A program made the translations under genes and the position numbers. Shown piece by piece: positions 22,116-33,332 of a stretch of 64,000 nucleotides of DNA (position 1 is its first letter; every line of letters begins with the position of its first letter). The stretch covers positions 620,001 through 684,000 of the forward strand of contig JAIVFI010000012.1 of NCBI GenBank assembly GCA_025558095.1, in the 5' to 3' direction. The notes beneath the pieces are model-generated. The model was not told the origin of the DNA. It did not search any database and saw only the letters and a list, made by a program, of their open reading frames with translations. Source of the DNA: Hyaloraphidium curvatum SAG 235-1. Taxonomy: Eukaryota; Fungi; Monoblepharomycota.

Positions 22116-22208
22116 CGACGCGCGGTTGGGAGGACGACGCGACCGAGTGACCCGGGGGACGCGATCGGGGACGCGATCGGGAAGACCCCCTGCCACCCTC
22201 CACCCGCA

Positions 22209-23720
22209 ATGCCGCCCCTCGCGCTGACTCCCGAGGAGTTCCTCGTGCTCTTCCCGTCGTCCTCGCCGGCGGCCGCGTCGGCGTTCGCCGTGTCGCGGCC
22301 GGCGCCCGACCCCGCCGCCGCGCTCCGCGCCTCGGAGGTCCTGCCGCTGGACCGGCTGTCTTCGGTGCTCTCCGGCGCCGGCATGGCCCCTTTCGCGTGG
22401 CTGACGCGGCTGACGGCGCACCGTCTCCGCCTGTTCGCGCTGCCGAGCCTCATCGCGACGTTCTTCGCCGCCGCGCTGCTCTTCGCGCCCCCGTTCGCGG
22501 CGGTGGCGCTGTTTGCCCCGCCGTCGAGGTTCCCCGCGGGCAGGGTCGCCGCGGGCACCGTAGCCGCGTCGCTGTACCTGCTCGCGTGGCCGCTGGCTTT
22601 CCTCGCCATGCTGTTCGCCAGGCAGCCGTCGGCCAAGGGCGACCTCCCGCGCACGGAGCCCGCCGAGGAGCCCTATCGGGATCTGTACGCCGTCAGAATC
22701 GCCAATGGGCCCCCCCGATGGGTCATGCTAGCCGACGGGGGCCGGAAGGCAGGCACGGATGATCCCGAGGATCAGGATCACGGCGACCGGGACGGCCTCA
22801 CCCTGCTGTTCCACGATCCGGCCAGCGTCTCGTGCCCGTGCCCGCGCCCCACGTGCACAGGGGGCCGCTTGCCGCGCGGCATGGTGGCCGCCGGGATCGG
22901 GGACGCCCTCGTGACCCTGTGCACCGTCGTGCTCCCGCAGCTGGCCATGCTCTCCACCCCCATGGTGTCGTTCGCGGGGCCCTTTTGGACGACGCCCTGG
23001 AGCGCGGCGCTGGGCGCGCTGGCGCTCCTCGGGCTGGCGGCCGTCGCCGCGATCGGGGTGCCGAGCCGCTCGGGGACCACGGTGACGATGCCGATGATCC
23101 GCTTCCAGGGGATGCTGCAGCGCCGTGCGGTGGCCGCCGGACTGTGCGAGCTAATGCTGCGGATGGAAGCCGACGGATCCAAGCCTTCCCAGAGCGAGGG
23201 CGAAGAGCCGTACAAGTACCAGATCATCCACGACCACCTGTCCCGGAAGTGGTTCAACCTCTACAACCTCACCGACCGAACGCAGCTCGTCGTCGCATTC
23301 CTCCTCTCCGCCCTCCTCGTCTCGGTCGTCCTCTCGGTCGCCGTCGGCTCCTGCATCACCCTCTGGCAGCTCCTCGCCGCCCTCACGCAGGCCGCCTACC
23401 TCGTCCTCGAGCTCGTCTACGTCGCCGAATCCAACCTCCAGATCACCGCCGTCACGGACCTATACCGCGCCGCGCGGACCTCCCTGCGCCTTCTCGCCTC
23501 GGCAACCCCTTACCCGTCCCCCGCGCTGGCCGCGCACGAAGCCGTGCTGTCGTCGTTCCTCGAGGTCGACGGGTACCGCCTGCGCGCGTTCGGGACGGCG
23601 GTCAGCTACGGCTCGCTGAGGGGGCTCGTGGCCACCGCGGCCACGGTGATGCTGGGCCTGTGGAGCGTGGGGAGGGCTGCGGGGATCGGGTTCACGGTGG
23701 AGAGCGTGTGTCCGGCGTGA
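22209..23720 (+). CDS. Multi-pass membrane protein, paralog of 10986-12561 (GRL/DUF3537-like C-terminus); intronless
   Basis: LTPEEFLVLFP N-terminus (cf. LTAAELLALFP), CPCPRPTC, YQIIHDHLSRKW, VGSC, ESNLQI..LY, C-terminal RLRAFGTAVSYGSLRGLVATAATVMLGLWSVGR..VCP. Confidence 0.8.
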   Translation: MPPLALTPEEFLVLFPSSSPAAASAFAVSRPAPDPAAALRASEVLPLDRLSSVLSGAGMAPFAWLTRLTAHRLRLFALPSLIATFFAAALLFAPPFAAVALFAPPSRFPAGRVAAGTVAASLYLLAWPLAFLAMLFARQPSAKGDLPRTEPAEEPYRDLYAVRIANGPPRWVMLADGGRKAGTDDPEDQDHGDRDGLTLLFHDPASVSCPCPRPTCTGGRLPRGMVAAGIGDALVTLCTVVLPQLAMLSTPMVSFAGPFWTTPWSAALGALALLGLAAVAAIGVPSRSGTTVTMPMIRFQGMLQRRAVAAGLCELMLRMEADGSKPSQSEGEEPYKYQIIHDHLSRKWFNLYNLTDRTQLVVAFLLSALLVSVVLSVAVGSCITLWQLLAALTQAAYLVLELVYVAESNLQITAVTDLYRAARTSLRLLASATPYPSPALAAHEAVLSSFLEVDGYRLRAFGTAVSYGSLRGLVATAATVMLGLWSVGRAAGIGFTVESVCPA

Positions 23721-23913
23721 GCGTGGGCAGAGGGGGAACAAGGCGTGTTTCAATCGGCAGAGACTCGTTCGCCACGTCCGGGACGCGTCGCCTCGTCCTC
23801 CCCGGAGCCGCTCTCGACCACGTCAAACGCGTCCACCTCGGCCGAAGCCCGTTCCTACTCCTTGTCCGATCACTCTGGCCAGTGATAGAGCCCGTCCATA
23901 CTGCGTGTACCGC

Positions 23914-24168
23914 TCACGCCTTTGCCTTTGCCGCCGCGCACCCCTCCGGCTTGTGCACCCTCTTGGTAGACGCCGGGAACCTCTCCAGTTTCTCCGCCGG
24001 CCGCACCGGTCTCTTGACCAGCTCCCCGCCGCAGTTGGGGCACCTCCCGGCCATTTTGTCCGTGCACGCGGCGCAGAAGGTGCACTCGAAGGAACAGATG
24101 CGCGCGTCGGGGGATGCGGGTGGGAGGGAAGTGTCGCAACACTCGCAGGTGGGGCGGAGCTCGAGCAT
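23914..24168 (-). CDS. DUF1272 family Cys-rich protein (bacterial type)
   Basis: MLELRPTCECCD..LPP.S.DARICSFECTFC..C....CPNCGGELV.RP.RP matches the DUF1272 pattern as I know it; intronless. Confidence 0.88.
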   Translation of the reverse strand: MLELRPTCECCDTSLPPASPDARICSFECTFCAACTDKMAGRCPNCGGELVKRPVRPAEKLERFPASTKRVHKPEGCAAAKAKA

Positions 24169-24955
24169 CGCGTGCGGGGAGGGCGGGGCGCTCGCTTTTC
24201 GCGGGTAGAGACAAGGCACTGTGCAATTTGGTGCTCGACGCGTTGAAAAGCGGCGAAGGAGAGGGAGCGGGTGCAGAGGATCTTCCGCCTGGCCCGGCCG
24301 CTTGCAGGAGAGGCCGCGATCCATCTGCCAACCGATTTCTCGCGTAACTATGCCGACGACCTGGCCATCGCCCGGGCTGCCGCCGTCCAGATTCTCCCCG
24401 CGCGGGGAGATGACCTCCCTCCGCTCAGCGTTCTGCCGCGGGGCGAAATCCAACGAACCCGACTGCCCCGCTGCTCGCACGTCCCGAGCTGCTCGTGTGG
24501 GCTTCGGATGGCGCGATACCCACGTGCACAATCCTCAATCAATCATTCAATACCAGCGCTAGTGTTTTTCACGTTTGTCGGCTCCCGAGGTGGTGCGGTC
24601 GCTCCTGCCTGCGTGCGCTGAAACAGTGCACCCCAAGGGCAGACAGGGCCGGCTCAAAGGCCCAACGACGGCGGGAATCCAAGAGCGGGGCGGGACGTAC
24701 CGGTGCGCCGAGGTGTGGTTGGACTAGAGGACGAGGTGGCAGTGTTGCAGATTCTGCTGGTCCCGGAGGAGGACCTTCCTGGCAACAGATGTCGGGGGAT
24801 CACGTCTCCGACGGCGCCAGAAAGCGTAGAACCGGGAACAAGGAAGGGAGGGAATACGCGTGACGCACTGAATGAATATCTTTTACCCCCGTACACTGCT
24901 AAAAAAACAAAGAAGTCACGGCACAGGGAGAACTGGCGGGACGCAGGGGGTGCGG

Positions 24956-25678
24956 TCAGGTCTCGGCCTGCGAACCGGCGCAGGCCAGGCGGTTAGCTGC
25001 TTCGCACTCCACTGCGAGATCATCGGCAGGACCCACCTGACATGTCGGACCCGTCCAGCCGGAGGTGCAGACACAGACGCCGTTGTTTCCGGGCCCCTGG
25101 ATCACGCAGGTGCCTCCGTTGTTGCATGGGGCGGTGGCGCCGCAGTCGATTTTCTGCGCGCGCGCGCGCGGGGGGGCGGGGGGGGTGTGTGGGGGAAGGT
25201 CAGCTCACGTTTTGCCTGGCCGGATGTCGAAGGCCGCGGGCCCATTCACCTGGCAAGTGGGGCCGGCGAAGGGCGTGATGCAAAGGCAGGTGCCGGAGTT
25301 GCACGTGCCGCCGTTCAGGCACGGGTTCGAGCCGTCGCACCCGGCAACGTAGCGGCGGTACAGCCCGCGGCTGTCTGCGGGGTAGCTGACGCACGCGACG
25401 GTGGCGTCGGGCGCGTCGGGGTAGGCGTAGTCGCTGGCGGCGGCGGGGTCAGCTTCGTGGGGCGGCGAGCGGCGGCCGTGCGCCCTGCTGCGCACCAATA
25501 GTCTCCTTCGGAGCACTCGGAGCACGAGCGCTTGAACACGGCGTGCCTGCAGCGGCACGGAGTGAGTCCCTCGCGATGACTCGCCGCGCGCAAGGAGCAC
25601 GCACGGCGCGGCGGGCGACGCCGCGGCAACCGTGGCCGCGAGCAGCACGAGAGCGAGCACCAGGACAGCGCGCGTCAT
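24956..25678 (-). CDS. Small secreted protein with two EGF-like domains; about 5 exons
   Basis: Signal peptide MTRAVLVLALVLLAATVAA; KR site; EGF1 CDGSNPCLNGGTCNSGTCLCITPFAGPTCQ; EGF2 CGATAPCNNGGTCVIQGPGNNGVCVCTSGWTGPTCQ; GT-AG introns between exons. Confidence 0.75.
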
Positions 25679-26297
25679 TGGCGGGGTTCGGACGTCGGTG
25701 TCTCGAACAGCAAGTTGGAACAGTGGATCCGGGTGCCTCTTCCTCTGACTCGACCCGTCCCTCACACCAGCCACTCCTACGTCATCCCCCCCAACCGCCC
25801 AACAAAAGGCGCTCTGTTATTCAAGCTCCAAAGTATCAATCATTGAAACCGTGGCTCATGCGCAGCTCAAGCTGCGCGGGCGCCTTCTCCCCGACGACCC
25901 GCTCACCTCGGACAAGCCGCCTAAGGGATGGAGCCGGTTGGAGAGGATCGAGGTCGATGCCAGGCGGGGGCGTCGGTCGCTCGCCACCGCTGTGACTCTA
26001 AACCAGTGCGCAAACGGACACTGACTCTAACTGCGCGACGGATGGCTGACTTGCGCTCCCGCCGCTGTCTGCCATGTTGCGTGGGCGCAGAGCGGCCCCA
26101 CGAGGCCCGCGTCTGCGGGCACGTTGCCCGTTGCAGGCCCGTTTCCCCGCCGTTTTTCACTTGCTAGCTTCACGCGGAGCGCACCCCGAGCGTCAGCGAG
26201 GCCTCGGCAAGCGTTAGCGCTACCGCGGGGATCGGGCATGGCGGCAGGGGAGGTGGTTGGGGCAGAGGGACTTTTGGCGGGGTTCAGGGCCGTCGGG

Positions 26298-26961
26298 ATG
26301 GCGGAGACGGAGTTTGAGAGCACCACGGGGATGGTTAGGGAGCTTTAGACGAAGAGTTGCTGCCGGATCGTGATCACTACCGACCGGAGCGCCGTCGATG
26401 CCCGGAACTCCGTGCATCCCAGCAATCATCACCGCGATCTGTTCAACTCTCGCGCCGGCGCACATTCTGGATGTCCCGGACAGCGCGGCGGTGCGCTCGT
26501 TGCCCAAGACCCTGCGGATGCTCGAGCTGTACGAGTGGGGCGACAACATCGAGGGCGACGAGCTCGACGCCTGGAGGATCTACGAGCCGCCGTGGCTTCA
26601 CATCGCCCGCGGGATGCACACGCTGGAGCTGGTCCGCCTGGAGAGCTTCCCGGCAATCATGTTCTCCGAGGGCATGCCGAGCAAGCTCCAGATGCTGCAG
26701 CTGAAAAACCCGATCCTCCCGCCCGCTGCAGAGCGGCACCTAGTCCGCGAGGCGTTCAAGAGATTCGGTCCCCGGAGGACCCACGTGGCCCTCACGAACA
26801 GATCCAGGGCCAAGCGAGCAAAGGATGCCGCGTTCTGGAGGTCGATCGAGAGGACGATCGTAACGGTGGTCTGCGACCAGGACTTCGTACTAGCCGCATT
26901 CCCGTGCTGGTGGGGCTCTTTCCGCTACGGCCCGCCTTGCGATTGCCCAAGGTGTTCGTAG
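26298..26961 (+). CDS. Hypothetical protein or fragment resembling the LRR-like C-terminal part of F-box proteins; 5' end uncertain
   Basis: SLPKTLRMLEL, MHTLELVRL, MPSKLQMLQL repeats similar in style to 28302-29360; no F-box seen. Confidence 0.4.
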
Positions 26962-27240
26962 GTATTCGATGCTCGTAGATGAGCGTTCTCTTTCTGTCAT
27001 GGAAGGCCGTCCGCTGAGTGGACCAACTCCACGGTCGCTGGAGCGGGGTAAATCGGTGAAGCATGTAGTCGGTGAATGCCTTCATGGATGTACAAGATCG
27101 AAGAACCTTTGGGTGTGAAGTCCGCACTATAGGCCCACTACGGAACCGCGTTACATCCCTTGCCCGGCTGTCTCCCAGCATACGTCGTGCGCCTTCCACG
27201 CGAATCCCCCATCCGAAGGTCCCTTGACCACATCGTAAAC

Positions 27241-28235
27241 ATGACGCGCCTCCGCCAGATTGCGCTCATCGCCCGCGACCTCGAGCCGGCCCTCGCTGCG
27301 CTGCACCACGCGCTCGGGTTCGAGCTCGCGTTCCGCGACCCCTCCATCGACGGCTTCGGCCTAGTCAACGGCGTCATGACCGCCGGACCCGACTTCGTCG
27401 AGGTTGTGGCGCCTATGCCGGGCAAGAACGACACCACCGGCGCCCGCTGGCTGGCCCGGAACGGCGGCGAGGCCACGGGCTACATGCTGCTTTTCCATTG
27501 CAAGGACGCCAAGGCCGACCTGGCACACATGCAGGCCAACGGGGTCAAGCTGGCGTGGACCGGCGCCGTCGAGCGGCAGTACGCGGGCTACCACCTCCAC
27601 CCATCGAGCATCCCCGGCGGGGTGCTGCCCTCGATCGACTGGATGGCCGGGGTTTCGGAGCCGGACAAGGAGCCGCTGGCGGGCTGGGCGTACGCGCACT
27701 TGCCCCCGTTCCCGCCCAAGGAGGAGCCGGGGTGGGTGGGGTTGGCCAAGAAGACGGGCGAGAACGTCAAGATCGTCGGTGCGGGGCCTCATCTGCTTTC
27801 ACGGGTTCCGAGCTCATCGCTTCCGATCGCAGGCGTCACCTTGGGCCTCACCAAGCACGAACCCTTCGAGGCCGCGAAGCGGTGGTCCCTCCTTTTCCGC
27901 GTGCCGCTCGAGACGAACCAGGGCGCGCCCGCCGTGCGCTTCTCCAACGCCGTCGTGCGGTTCGCACCCTCCAAAGACGGCCGCGACGGGATCCAGACGT
28001 GAGACACTCCCTCCATTCCGATACCGAGCTCACCTGACCCCGGCATTCCAGGATCGACCTCCTCGTGCCCTCGGTGGAGCAGGCGCTCGACCGCGCCTCG
28101 GCCGTCGGCGCGCCCCTGGTCCGCGGCGGTGCGCAGGTCGCGGGAGTGATCTGGAAGTTCGTGGAGGAGAAAGACGTGGACGTGTCGCGGGAGGGCGGGT
28201 GGATCGGCAAGGGAGGGCTTGCGGCCAAGCTTTGA
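27241..28235 (+). CDS. VOC/glyoxalase-like protein (Glyoxalase_3 type) with PTS1 (AKL); 3 exons
   Basis: RLRQIALIARDLE..FRDP....FGLVN....G.DFVEVVAP....TTGARWLAR.GG..GYM; HLHP; introns 27779-27832 and about 27999-28051; ends GCC AAG CTT TGA. Confidence 0.8.
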
Positions 28236-28301
28236 ACGGGCGAGTAGAACACCCAGGGGAGCCAATTCGTGGAAAGTGCCATTGGATCGTAACAGGCGGC
28301 G

Positions 28302-29360
28302 TTACTCCGGCTCGGGATCGAAGATCACCCGCGCTCCGGCCCGCCGCAAAATGGCCACCCTCTCCATCCGCTCTGCGTAGTCCACAAACATGTTCTGGCG
28401 GCACCGGACCGTGACCCTCTTCGCCGCGCCCAGCATGGCCAGAAACCCGGGGTTGTGCTGCTTGAAGAACAGCCTGCGGCTCGGGTACGCGATCTCGAGC
28501 TCCTCCAGGGGCTGCGGGAGGTTGGAGGGTTCCGCCGGCTCGTCGAGGACGATTCGGACAAGCGACCGCGCGGCATGTGCAGGTGCGGCGTCGGCGTGGT
28601 CGATGGAGCCCTTGCGGATGCGGATCTCCTTGGGAGAAAAGGCCGGGCCGAGGTCCCAGAGGCAGTTCCAGAAGCCGTGGGCTTGCGCCGAAACGAGCTT
28701 GCCGACGAGGCTTGGGAACTTCCGCACAAACGCCCCAGCGTCCATGACCCAGTCGAACTCGGCGGTCCACGACTTCAGGCCTTTGGCTCTGGCCAGCATG
28801 GCGAAGACCGAGCCGGGGAAGGTGATGGCATCGTCATTGGGAGGCCCGGCGACGGAAACGACGACATCCTCAACCGTGGGAGGCAGATCGACGTCCGACC
28901 AACTGCCCTTGAGCCAGAAGAAGTGAAGCTCGACAAAATGGAGCGCACTAGATCGCATGAGCTGCCCGGGGAGGTCCGGATAAATCGGATTTCCGGCCAC
29001 GAGGAACCACCACCGGAGGCGCGTAGCATGCCGGAGGCATTGCGCGACGCACTCGCGTGCCACTTCGCCTTCCTGTCCTCGTTGGGCATGGGTGCCGTCT
29101 TCGTCAGAGATCTCTAAGCAGTGCACGTGCCGTGCGCCGCCTGCTGCCAGCGCGACGAGCAGCCGCACCGCGAGCCGCTTTCCGGCCGCGACCTTGACGC
29201 GGCGGAAGAGCATGGGGTACGCCAGGGCGTGCCATTCGCGGCAGGCACGTGAGCAGGTCGCCAACGCCGAGTGCGGCAGGAAAGAGAGCACGTAGGAGAC
29301 CAGCTCTAGGGGGAGGGAGGGGACCGCGTCGGCGGCACCGGAATCGGGATCCGACGCCAT
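28302..29360 (-). CDS. F-box protein
   Basis: SLPLELVSYVLSFL...ALATCSRACREWHALAYPMLFR F-box, followed by LRR-like segments. Confidence 0.82.
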   Translation of the reverse strand: MASDPDSGAADAVPSLPLELVSYVLSFLPHSALATCSRACREWHALAYPMLFRRVKVAAGKRLAVRLLVALAAGGARHVHCLEISDEDGTHAQRGQEGEVARECVAQCLRHATRLRWWFLVAGNPIYPDLPGQLMRSSALHFVELHFFWLKGSWSDVDLPPTVEDVVVSVAGPPNDDAITFPGSVFAMLARAKGLKSWTAEFDWVMDAGAFVRKFPSLVGKLVSAQAHGFWNCLWDLGPAFSPKEIRIRKGSIDHADAAPAHAARSLVRIVLDEPAEPSNLPQPLEELEIAYPSRRLFFKQHNPGFLAMLGAAKRVTVRCRQNMFVDYAERMERVAILRRAGARVIFDPEPE

Positions 29361-29982
29361 GGTCCGCAATAACCGCACTAGATCCTCCAGGAACGCGTGA
29401 TTTCAGACCCTCCGGCGTCGAGTGCGCCGCGCAGTTGCGGTCTCCGGATTGGACGTTCCGGTATCGCGTGCGTCGCGGGGCAGACCGGCTTTCGCGTTCT
29501 CCGACTACCTGAAGCAAATCGACCGCGGCCTCCAGAAGAACCATAAACTTGGAGAGGATCTCGTAGTGGGAGCCCGCGTAAAGATGGGGCCTTGACTTTG
29601 TGGCAGCGCGACGGAATGGTACCCGTGCTGGGTGTTCGACCTCGATCTAGGATAACGAACATCAGATACTATATCCATCTCGGAGCCAAGGTAGGCAACG
29701 TCAGATGCTGGATGGCACGCGTGTCCTCTCTAGAGGCGGAAGGGGTGGGGCCAACGTGGGTCCAACGGTCCAGGCATCCGTCCCCCAAAGGTCTCCCTCC
29801 CTCGCGTTCCCCCCGCGCCCCACGGGCCTCCGCGCCCAACGCCGGCGGCGCGCAAACCACCGCATTGTTCGGCACCGGCATTGTGCTCCTGCGCGGGGCT
29901 GCGCCTCGGGCGGCGTAGGCGTGAAGTGCAGCGAACAAGCCGCAAGCCACCACCGGCCGTCTCCCCACGCAGCATTCCAGAT

Positions 29983-31049
29983 ATGCCGGCCAACATCTGG
30001 AGTCAGCTCGCCTCCTTCTTCTTTCTCATGTCCGCCGTGTTCACCGACCTCCTGCTCCTCCGCTTCTGCCTCGTGCTCGCAAACATGTTCCTTGTCGTGT
30101 CGGCGTCGGTCGGGTTTCCTCTCTGGCCTGCTATCTACGGCGACGGCGGCCCCGCCGTGGACTCGCTCGTCTGGGCCTCGCTCGCACTCGTGCTGCACCT
30201 GTGGGCGCTCATTCGGCTGCTCCTCGACGAGAGGCCAATGAAGCCGTTCGAGGCCCCCGACGACGAAGCTCTGTACCGCTTCTTTGCCCTCCGCACGGGC
30301 ATCCGGCGCGTCGACTTCCTCGACATCCTCGAGCACGGGGAGTGGGTCCACGTGCCCGAATCCGGGCGGCTGCTCCCCACCGAGTCGATGCTTTACCTGG
30401 TGGTCGAGGGTGCTGTGGCCTGCAAGGTGACCAACTGGAGGCGCCGGCCCACGGACGACTTCCGCGACGAGGCGAGCCGGTTCGTGCTCGGGTCGGGCGA
30501 TTTCTTCGACCTCAAACTGGGAAACACGTTCGGCATACCTATCGGGTTCCATTCGGTCGGGTTCGAGGCCAGGACGGCTTCGAGCCAGGCTCTGCTCTTT
30601 GCCTGGCCCGCCGAGTCACTCAACTACTTTGCAACCAAGGCGCCCGGCGTGGTTGGCGCCGCCTGGTGGGCTCGCTTCACTCGATTGTCGCGCGGCAGCC
30701 AACTGATCACCACTCCAGGCGCAACATGGTCTCATTCGCCGTCGCCGACGTCGCCCACTCGTACATGAACCCCTCGCAGCACCCCAAGTACCTCCCCGCC
30801 AAGGACGACTCTCAGTACCCCCAGCAGGAAGAGGTCGCGGAGCTTGCGCACCGCCACCCGGACTTTTCCACCCTCCCTGATACCGTCAGCATGCGGCGCA
30901 AGAAGATGGGCTGCTGGGACCGCACCGAAGGGTTTCTGGGCTGGGTGTTTGGGAGCATGGATCCCAGGCCGCCGAAGGGCGTGAGGCACTACGCCGTGCC
31001 GCCGCAGTTTGTCGTCAACGCGGACATGACCATCACCAAGGCGGTCTGA
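29983..31049 (+). CDS. Popeye-domain-like (POPDC/BVES) membrane protein with a cyclic-nucleotide-binding-like fold; 2 exons
   Basis: 3 N-terminal TMs with DLLLLR and DSLVW; ERPMKPF....EALYRFF....I.RVDF; LYLVVEG; intron 30666-30718. Confidence 0.7.
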
Positions 31050-31159
31050 CGTCGCCTTGGCCTTCAAGGACTATTTGGCGGCGCAGAGCGTCGTCGCATA
31101 AGATTGGGAAGGACCCGGATTGTTTGCCGTAAAGTGTATTTCGGGCGGCGTGCGAGAAA

Positions 31160-31510
31160 TCACAGCTTCGACTTCGGGCCCTTCTTGGCCTGCTCTGCCT
31201 CCCACAACTGCTCCACCTCCTTCTTGTAGATTCCCTTCTGCACCTTGCCGTTCGGGTTGCGCGGAATCTCGTCCGTCGACGCGAGCATGTGGTAGAAGAC
31301 CGGGATCTTGAAGGGCGCCAGCCTCGTCCGGAGGAACTCGGTTAGCTCCGCGGGCTTCAGGTCCGGGTGCGAGGGCTTGGGGACAACGACGGCCGCGGGC
31401 TCTTCACCAAGCACGCTGCAAGTGGGCTTTCAGGAGCGGCGCGGCGCCGCGGCGCGCGGGAGGCTCACCGGTGGGGCACGGCCACGATCGTGCAGTCCAG
31501 CACCCCTGGG
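31160..31510 (-). pseudogene. Detached 3' part of the acyl-CoA synthetase gene (AMP-binding C-terminal domain, PTS1 SKL)
   Basis: PGVLDCTIVAVPHR|VLGEEPAAVVVPK..LAPFKIP..IPRNPNGKVQK..SKL*, with one intron. Confidence 0.75.
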
Positions 31511-31584
31511 ACGACAATTTTAGGTTCGCTCGATGATTTCTGATTCTGATCCCAATCGAACAATCTGCGTGTCCAACCTCTGCC

Positions 31585-33055
31585 TCACTCCGCGTCCGAG
31601 ACCCAGTCCGCCTCCCATTCCGACTCCGCCTCGTCCGACTCCGCCTCGTCCGACTCCGAGTCGGACACCACCGCAAAACGACCGCGCTTGCGCTTCAGCG
31701 TGACGCCCTGCTGGCGAACAGGATGCGCCTCCTCGGCCTGCGCGACGGGCACCTTCTGCCGAGCAGCTTGCACGTCAGCGGGCTGATTTGCAAAAGTCAG
31801 TCGGGCCCTCCAACGTCTCGCAGCAGAACACACGCACCGTCAGCGCGGGTGCCGTGTGCCCGTCGCGGCGGTGCCGTTTGAGGCCTTTCTCCCCGTCGTA
31901 CGAATGGATACAGCCCCCAAGAAGGCACTTGTACTTCCGGTCCTGCGACAATCGAGCAGATCAGGGGGCAAGAAGACCACGCGCAGTTGCCCCCACACCC
32001 ACGTGCTTCTCCACGTGGAAAGGGTTCCAGTGGCGCGTGAGGAAGTTCGGGTATGTGCTGAAGGCGGGACTGTACTTCCCAGCGGCGACACAGTCCAAGC
32101 ATCGCTTCGACTCGGTGTCGAACTTGGTTGTCGGCCGATCCTTTTCCGGGTGCGCTTTGGTGACGTGGATCTCCTTGCCCTTCTTGTCCTTGAAGTGACG
32201 ATGTTTGCAGTAATCGCAATGGTAGGGAAAGTTGCGCGACTCAATCCATGCCTTCTTGGCAGCCGACAGCTCATCGTCGTATAGCTTCACATGCTCCTGC
32301 AGGGGTGCGTCAACGGCTCCGGCATTCGGAGCGAGACAGCTCAACCAACGAGAATGGGCAAAGCTTCCTTCAGATACGCCTTGATCACCGGATTGTCCTC
32401 CCCGCCGTCCACGTAATCGAATGAGAGCATCTGCCCCTTCTTGTTCTTGAGCACGTCGCCCGCAACCCGAGGCTTGCTGGTCTCCAGCACCATGTCCCTG
32501 ATTAGCCAGCCCGCTTCGTGCTGCGGTTCCAGATCCAGGGCCAGCGCGGCCTCTTTGTTGAACCGAATCATCGGCGTCAACACCCCCGAGGCTGAGTTCT
32601 GAAGGATGAAAACCGGAACAAAACCCCATTGCTCCTCGTTGACAAAGACATGGAGCCAGTCAATGGCATTGTGCGGGTTGGTGAAGAAGACGACCCGGTG
32701 CCTCTTGGCTATATCCTGCGCTGCATCGAACTTGGACCTCCAAGGAACTGGTGGGAAGGCGTGATCAGCAACTGTTGCCGGAGGCGGGAGACAGCAGGTG
32801 GCGCAACCGACCTGCGGCGACCTCGTCGTCCAGCTCCTCCTCGGTTCCCTTCGGCCAGAAAGACTTGGCCGTCTTGGCCGTGTTCCCGGGAAGGTCGACC
32901 AGCATGTCCCGCACCGTGGCGTCGGGACCGCCCATCCACTTGGCGACAGCGACGTCCCACGGCGACGCCTCGTGCTTCGCAATGTCCAGCTTGGCTCTCT
33001 GCGAGTCCGACAGCGCCGACGTCACCAGCGCGGCCGGCCCCTGCTGCTGCGCCAT
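31585..33055 (-). CDS. C2H2 zinc-finger protein (about 3 fingers, KRKR NLS, acidic tail); about 5 exons; lies inside the ACS locus
   Basis: YHCDYCKHRHFKDKKGKEIHVTKAH, CLDC..FLTRHWNPFH, YKCLLGGCIHSYDGEKGLKRHRRDGH; exons joined by GT-AG introns; SDEAESDEAE tail. Confidence 0.7.
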
Positions 33056-33332
33056 GGCTTCGTTCGGTCGAGGCTGGCGGAACTGGCGATGTGGCGACTT
33101 CGGGGTTGGGGCGGCTGCGGTTGCAAATTAGCCGGATGACTAGGCCACCCCCACAGGCTTCCGCTCGGAACCGGATTCCGCTCCCCGATCACCACGCGGA
33201 AAAGCGGTTTCCGCCGCGAGTTCCAAACCCATCACCCACGGCGTTTGCATTGCTGGACGGCCCTCTCCGCGGCACCGGCGTCCTCCGAGACACTTGCCGC
33301 CGCGTCGCCGCTCCAGTCTCCTTCCCAACACC

